Shown piece after piece: positions 36,841-41,518 of a stretch of 41,518 nt of DNA. The position numbers were made by a program, and so were the translations under genes. This DNA comes from Bifidobacterium breve. Its GTDB lineage: Bacteria > Actinomycetota > Acidimicrobiia > Acidimicrobiales > Ilumatobacteraceae. Numbering within the stretch: the first letter of the stretch is position 1; each line of letters opens with the position of its first letter. The notes under the pieces are model-generated. The model saw only the letters and a program-made list of their open reading frames with translations. It was not told the DNA's origin and did no database searches. Location: the NCBI GenBank assembly GCA_945878785.1, contig CAMDVC010000001.1, positions 1 to 41,518 on the forward strand, given 5' to 3'.

Positions 36841-38040
36841 TTACCGAGGGAAACGCTTCTCAATCCAGTCAGCCACGATTTCGAGAGCTTCGACGCGATG
36901 ACCCTCCAGATAATGAGGCGCGCCCTTCATTTCTACATACGTGGAGTCGGCCGCGCCAGAAGCAGCCACGATCTCCTTCGCTTCCCTAATGCGGATTTCT
37001 GTATCTGCCGTGGGGTGCAATAGCAGGGTCGGAACCTTGATATGGGGCATGGTGTCAGCCAGTTTGGCGTGGCTAGAGAGTCCCGACCAGGTACTGAGCC
37101 AACCCCGAGATGTCATGGTCCGAGCCAGCCCACCGCGGCCATAGTTGGCCTCAAATGGGTCCGGGAAGGCGAAAAGTGACCCCATTGGGCGCTCATCTGG
37201 CTCTAACGACAGGTCGAGATAGACCGGATTGGCCAAAGTTCGGTAAATCGCGTGATATTTCGTGAAGACCCGGCGGGCCCGCTGTTCGCGCCACATCTCT
37301 AAGTTTGTGTCTTTGTGAATTTCCTTCAGGGCTAATCCGGCGGTTTCAGCATCGGCAATGGCCTGTTTGGCGATGGCATCGATTCTGGCTACTCGGGCTC
37401 GCTGGGCTGCTCGATATTTTGCCAACCAGTCAAGGTCGTATGAGCTTGGTTCTGGCCACGGGCGCCATCCGTTGTCCGGGTTGTACATATCAAGTTCGGG
37501 CACACGACTGAATGGGTCATTTTCATCAGCCACCGACGGGTCGATGACCTGCAACATAAAGACGCCTTCACCGGGATGAGCTGCCATGCCTACCCAACCG
37601 TCACCGATTCCTAATTCAGCATGAGCCATTGCCATGAGTGAGCCGCCACCAGAGTTGCCGAGCAAGATGACCGACTCTGCTCCACGACGTTTCATTTCAT
37701 CGTGAGCAACTTTGACATCGATGATGCAGTTCTCGTGCAGACAGTCGGTGTCGTTATTGAGATACCGAGTTGAAAAACCAAACACTGCATAACCAGCGGC
37801 AGCCAATAGTGGACATGCGTAGTGCACACTGAAATCGCCGCGAGGGTGCGACAAGATCACAGCTGTTTTCCATTTGCCGTTTGGTGGTGTCCACAACAGT
37901 CCGCGCACCAATGCCCCATCAGGTGTGACAAGACGAATTGACTCGCGCGGTATGTCAACCGATGGAGCGTCTTCTGGCAATGGCCAATAGTTCAAACCAA
38001 ACGGACGTTGTCCTCCGAGATGTGCATCAAGATGTTCCAT
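36841..38040 (-). CDS. Alpha/beta-fold hydrolase (serine hydrolase), function unknown
   Basis: Nucleophile elbow GNSGGGS and candidate triad residues in HPTADTE and APHYLEGH. It starts 7 nt downstream of the acyl-CoA synthetase gene. Confidence 0.75.
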   Translation of the reverse strand: MEHLDAHLGGQRPFGLNYWPLPEDAPSVDIPRESIRLVTPDGALVRGLLWTPPNGKWKTAVILSHPRGDFSVHYACPLLAAAGYAVFGFSTRYLNNDTDCLHENCIIDVKVAHDEMKRRGAESVILLGNSGGGSLMAMAHAELGIGDGWVGMAAHPGEGVFMLQVIDPSVADENDPFSRVPELDMYNPDNGWRPWPEPSSYDLDWLAKYRAAQRARVARIDAIAKQAIADAETAGLALKEIHKDTNLEMWREQRARRVFTKYHAIYRTLANPVYLDLSLEPDERPMGSLFAFPDPFEANYGRGGLARTMTSRGWLSTWSGLSSHAKLADTMPHIKVPTLLLHPTADTEIRIREAKEIVAASGAADSTYVEMKGAPHYLEGHRVEALEIVADWIEKRFPR

Positions 38041-38047
38041 GAGGGTT

Positions 38048-39667
38048 TTACTTTTCAGCTAGGGCACGAGCACCCGGATAATCTGCTTTGCCGTTTGGTG
38101 CACGCGGTACTTCTGAAACAAACACAACACGCTTGGGCGCCTTGTAGCCAGATAATTGTTTCTTCACTGACGCAATAACATCTGCTTCGCTGAGAGTGAC
38201 TCCAGGGTCTACAGAAGCAACGGCAACAACGATTTGTCCAAACTTCTCATCGGGAAGGCCGACAACCAAACAATCGCGAACTCCAACATTGCGCTTGACA
38301 GCTTCTTCAACTTCCTCGGGAAACACTTTCTCTCCCGCTGTGTTGATGACCTGACTACCACGGCCAAGCAGCACGAGGCTTCCATTTTCATCGTACTTTC
38401 CTAGGTCACCAGGGAATGAATAATTCACGCCACCAATCGTGCGAAATGTACGAGCAGATTTCTCTGGATCTTTGAAGTACCCAATTGGCACATGACCTCC
38501 GCTTGCCACTTTTCCTGTTCCACCACTGCCCGGTAATACTTCGTTGTCATCCTCATCAAAGAGCTTTGTGGTTGGGTTAACCATAAAAACTGCTGTTTCG
38601 GCAGGGGCATCCTTCACCATCACACTCGAACCCATGCTGCCTTCCGTGCTTCCCATCGCATCGAGTAGAGCAATTTGTGGAATGTGATCAATAAGACGAC
38701 GCTTCACTTCTGTGGTCCACATAACACCAGATGAAACCATTCGTGTTAGTGAAGATGTGTCGTACTTCTTCCCTGCTCGTTGCGCAGCATCAAGTGCGTC
38801 AGCAATCGGCCGAGCAAATGCATCTCCGACAATGACAACGTTCTGCACGCGTTCAGTTTCAACGAGAGACAACAATTCATCTGCATCAAACTTGCGATTC
38901 TGCAAAATGAGCACAGTGCCTGCAACTGCGTGCGGAATCATTGCCCCAATCCACATACCTGTTCCGTGCATCAGTGGACAACAGGGAACTACGACATACG
39001 TACCGTCACGCTTTCTTACTTCACTCAACAATGGCGCTAATTCACGCCAATCATCGGTGAGCGGCAGACCCAATGCAATAAGACCATTCCCGACAAACTG
39101 CTGTGTATGACTTCCCATCGTGTACATGACGCCTTTTGGCATTCCGGTTGTCCCACCGGTGTACAACATGTATATGTCATCACCTGAACGCTCTATGCGT
39201 GGTGCTGGTTCATGAAGTGCAATCAAATCTTCATATTTGACTCGACCTGGTACCACTGCGGTTGCAGGACCGTCATCAACTTCAACAATGAGTCGGAGCA
39301 AGGGCAACTTTCCGACAACTTCAGCAACTCTGTCTGCGAGAGACGCGTGATAGAACAACGCTTTGCAATCTGCATTGTCTAATAAATACTCAAGCTCATT
39401 TCCGAGATACCGAAAGTTGACGTTAATCGGTACTACACGTTGCTTGAACGATGCGTAATGAGTTTCTAAATATTCAGCACTGTTGTAGAGATACAACCCA
39501 GATTTATCATCTGGTCCTAAACCAGCTGCCGTCAATGCCGCAGCAACACGGGCTGCACGATCGTCATATTGCGACCATGACAGCCGCTTATCTCCGTCAA
39601 TCACCGCTGGCACATCACCCAGTTGGTCGGCGTACGATTCCCAAATCGTCGCAAAATGCATGTTCAT
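38048..39667 (-). CDS. AMP-dependent synthetase/ligase (acyl-CoA synthetase, FadD-like)
   Basis: AMP-binding motifs MLYTGGTTGMPKGV, GDLGKYDENGSLVLLGRGSQVINTAGEKV and ...PRAPNGK. The ATG at 39667 lies 5 nt after GGGGGAA, so the track's upstream start at 39745 is rejected. Confidence 0.85.
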   Translation of the reverse strand: MNMHFATIWESYADQLGDVPAVIDGDKRLSWSQYDDRAARVAAALTAAGLGPDDKSGLYLYNSAEYLETHYASFKQRVVPINVNFRYLGNELEYLLDNADCKALFYHASLADRVAEVVGKLPLLRLIVEVDDGPATAVVPGRVKYEDLIALHEPAPRIERSGDDIYMLYTGGTTGMPKGVMYTMGSHTQQFVGNGLIALGLPLTDDWRELAPLLSEVRKRDGTYVVVPCCPLMHGTGMWIGAMIPHAVAGTVLILQNRKFDADELLSLVETERVQNVVIVGDAFARPIADALDAAQRAGKKYDTSSLTRMVSSGVMWTTEVKRRLIDHIPQIALLDAMGSTEGSMGSSVMVKDAPAETAVFMVNPTTKLFDEDDNEVLPGSGGTGKVASGGHVPIGYFKDPEKSARTFRTIGGVNYSFPGDLGKYDENGSLVLLGRGSQVINTAGEKVFPEEVEEAVKRNVGVRDCLVVGLPDEKFGQIVVAVASVDPGVTLSEADVIASVKKQLSGYKAPKRVVFVSEVPRAPNGKADYPGARALAEK

Positions 39668-39674
39668 ATAATTT

Positions 39675-39708
39675 CCCCCGCTGAATACTGCCATTGATTC
39701 AGAGGGGG
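39675..39708 (-). promoter_or_regulatory. Hairpin sequestering the Shine-Dalgarno of the acyl-CoA synthetase gene
   Basis: Arms cccccgctgaat (39675-39686) and attcagaggggg (39697-39708) pair as 6 + 5 bp around one G/A mismatch, with a 10-nt loop. On the mRNA strand the 3' arm ATTCAGCGGGGG contains the SD run that precedes the ATG at 39667. Confidence 0.4.
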
Positions 39709-39757
39709 CTCTACCATCGGAGAGTTTCCGCTTATTGCGCTGCAAGACGCACTGTAA

Positions 39758-40870
39758 TTATTCTTTCGGACGCGCGACCAATGTCGCTGTCAAATCCTTC
39801 GCAACGCCATCACGTTCCACTTTGATTTTGAGCACATCACCGGGTGCAGAGTCGCGAACTATCGCGATGAGCGCACCTTGGCCCGTTATGGCTTGGCCAT
39901 TGATCTCCAAGACGATGTCATTTACTTTCAAACCGGCCTTGTCAGCAGGAGAATCAGCTTGTACTTCACCTATGACTGCACCAGCGCCGCCATCTGTGCG
40001 ATCAGTAAGCGAGATACCGAGGTAACCCTGCGCACGAACTGCACCGCCTGCATCAGCGCGCAGTTGCGCGGCAACACGTTGCACTTCTGCCACACCAATT
40101 GCAAAACCAATATTATTAGCTGCGGTACTGCTGTTGCCATTTGCCACTGCAGTGTTGATTCCAACGACCTGACCATTCAAGTTAATGAGAGGCCCGCCAG
40201 AGTTGCCCGAAGAAATTGCTGCATCAGTTTGGATGAGACCATTCAAAGCGCCATTGCTATCAGTGAGAGTTCTGTTGAGAGCCGAAATAATTCCTGAAGT
40301 GACGCTGGGACCACCATCAAGTGCGAGCGCATAGCCAACAGCAACAACAGGGTCGCCAACGGCAATGCTTTCAGGGTTAGCAAATGTTGCGGCAGTAAGC
40401 CCTGCGGCGCTAACTAACTTGATCAATGCCAGATCGTTGCCTGCATCTCTTGCAAGAACTTTTGCCATGATGGGTGCAGTTGTCCCGTTCAAGCGAACAC
40501 GAACACTTGTAGAGCCTTCAACAACGTGATTGTTAGTAAGTATCTCACCGTCACTTGTGACGATGATGCCGGTACCAACTGATTCGCCTTCACCCGAGAG
40601 ACTGTCAATGGTGACGATGCTTGGCGCGATAGCCGCTGCAGCACGTGCGATGTCAGTCTTGCCGACATTTTCTGGCTTGATAGGAGCGGCCGTTACAAGT
40701 GGCCCACCATTTGTTGAACTGCTCGAAGAATTGGCGCCGATAATGCCACCGATAACGCCACCGCCCAGAGACATTGCCAGAACAAGCAGAACCGCAATTA
40801 CTCGATTGCCGCGAGGACGTGCGGTGGGTGCTGCGGGCGGGGTGTTGGCCCAATGGGATTCAAAACTCAT
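39758..40870 (-). CDS. HtrA/DegP-like trypsin-fold serine protease with N-terminal TM anchor and C-terminal PDZ domain
   Basis: TM segment VIAVLLVLAMSLGGGVIGGIIG, catalytic His (TNNHVV), Asp (NDLALIK) and Ser (GNSGGPL), and a C-terminal PDZ-like segment (GYLGISL...SPADKAGLKVNDIVLEINGQ). Confidence 0.88.
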   Translation of the reverse strand: MSFESHWANTPPAAPTARPRGNRVIAVLLVLAMSLGGGVIGGIIGANSSSSSTNGGPLVTAAPIKPENVGKTDIARAAAAIAPSIVTIDSLSGEGESVGTGIIVTSDGEILTNNHVVEGSTSVRVRLNGTTAPIMAKVLARDAGNDLALIKLVSAAGLTAATFANPESIAVGDPVVAVGYALALDGGPSVTSGIISALNRTLTDSNGALNGLIQTDAAISSGNSGGPLINLNGQVVGINTAVANGNSSTAANNIGFAIGVAEVQRVAAQLRADAGGAVRAQGYLGISLTDRTDGGAGAVIGEVQADSPADKAGLKVNDIVLEINGQAITGQGALIAIVRDSAPGDVLKIKVERDGVAKDLTATLVARPKE

Positions 40871-40937
40871 GTCTTAAGTATCTACCCAAACTGGTTAAGA
40901 ACCTGCAACAGACGACACAAGAATTTGGTAAGAAATG

Positions 40938-40970
40938 CAAAAGGAACGACCCGCTGGGTCGTTCCTTTTG
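40938..40970 (-). terminator. Strong intrinsic-terminator-like hairpin immediately downstream of rpsJ
   Basis: Perfect 15-bp stem caaaaggaacgaccc / gggtcgttccttttg with a 3-nt loop. The A-tract/T-tract arms are of the bidirectional type. On the minus strand the stem ends in CCTTTTG followed by CATTTCTT. It lies 26 nt after the rpsJ stop. Confidence 0.75.
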
Positions 40971-40995
40971 AAAGACAATGAATTATCTGGGGAAT

Positions 40996-41310
40996 TTATC
41001 CCTGGATTTTGATCTCAATATCAACGCCAGCTGGCAATTCGATGCGCTGGAGCGAATCGATGGTCTTACTGTTCGGTTCGACAATGTCAATAAGGCGCTT
41101 GTGGATACGCATCTCGAAGTGCTCGCGTGAGTCCTTGTCAATATGGGGTCCACGAATAACGGTGAAACGATGCTTGTCAGTAGGCAATGGAATTGGTCCA
41201 CGGATTTTTGCATTTGTGCGAAGCACTGTTTCAACAATCATTCGAGTCGACTTATCAATGATGTCGTGGTCGAATGCCTTGAGGCGGATACGGATGCTGT
41301 TGCTTGCCAT
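40996..41310 (-). CDS. rpsJ: 30S ribosomal protein S10
   Basis: [39 protein letters not shown]...[32 protein letters not shown]. Confidence 0.97.
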   Translation of the reverse strand: MASNSIRIRLKAFDHDIIDKSTRMIVETVLRTNAKIRGPIPLPTDKHRFTVIRGPHIDKDSREHFEMRIHKRLIDIVEPNSKTIDSLQRIELPAGVDIEIKIQG

Positions 41311-41316
41311 CTTGAT

Positions 41317-41518
41317 CTACTTCAAAATCTTTGTGACTTGGCCGGCACCAACAGTACGGCCACCTTCACGAATAGCGAAACGAAGACCCTCGTCCATAGC
41401 AATTGGCTTACCCAACTCAACAACCATGTTGACATTGTCACCAGGCATCACCATTTCAGTACCAGCAGGCAACTGAACAGTTCCAGTCACGTCAGTCGTA
41501 CGAAAGAAAAACTGTGGA
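41317..41518 (-). CDS. tuf: Elongation factor Tu, C-terminal 66 codons (the gene starts beyond the right edge)
   Basis: Hand translation of the minus strand gives ...[64 protein letters not shown], with the TAG stop at 41319-41317. Confidence 0.93.
   Translation of the reverse strand, partial: PQFFFRTTDVTGTVQLPAGTEMVMPGDNVNMVVELGKPIAMDEGLRFAIREGGRTVGAGQVTKILK

Overview
Core-chromosome segment of an Actinomycetota-like genome. The taxonomic guess rests on synteny (alr-tsaE-tsaB-rimI-tsaD...groES-groEL and rplM-rpsI-glmM-glmS-acpS) and on extended RpsC/RplV/RpsE tails. GC looks about 50% by eye and was not computed. From ~5.8 kb to the right edge every convincing gene except one is on the minus strand. 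In transcription order these are: tuf (3' end)-rpsJ | HtrA-like protease, acyl-CoA synthetase, alpha/beta hydrolase | rplC-rplD-rplW-rplB-rpsS-rplV-rpsC-rplP-rpmC-rpsQ-rplN-rplX-rplE-rpsN(type Z)-rpsH-rplF-rplR-rpsE-rpmD-rplO-secY-adk-infA-rpmJ-rpsM-rpsK-rpsD-rpoA-rplQ-truA-rplM-rpsI-glmM-(1132-aa GlmS-like)-acpS-alr-tsaE-tsaB-rimI-tsaD-dus-[small + strand ORF]-maf-groES-groEL-(membrane protein/small protein/Nudix trio). The left end carries, on the + strand, a TetR regulator, an FMN riboswitch with ribD-ribBA-ribH, and a secreted phospholipase-A2-like protein. Divergent from TetR is a 3'-truncated secreted LamG/Ig-repeat protein that the ORF track misses. I found no rRNA, tRNA, CRISPR array, transposase/integrase or recognisable defence or toxin-antitoxin system, so this is mostly ordinary housekeeping DNA. 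The observations most worth a second look are: (1) a GlmS homologue almost twice the normal length in the glmS slot; (2) an S10 operon split between rpsJ and rplC by a three-gene insert, with a perfect 15-bp hairpin right after rpsJ; (3) infA apparently needing a CTG/ATT start; (4) a rare secreted PLA2-type gene trailing the riboswitch-controlled rib operon, which lacks ribE; (5) several Shine-Dalgarno (SD)-sequestering or leader hairpins and long chains of 4-nt start/stop overlaps. All function calls come from motif recognition in the supplied translations and from my own hand translation. No database search was run.
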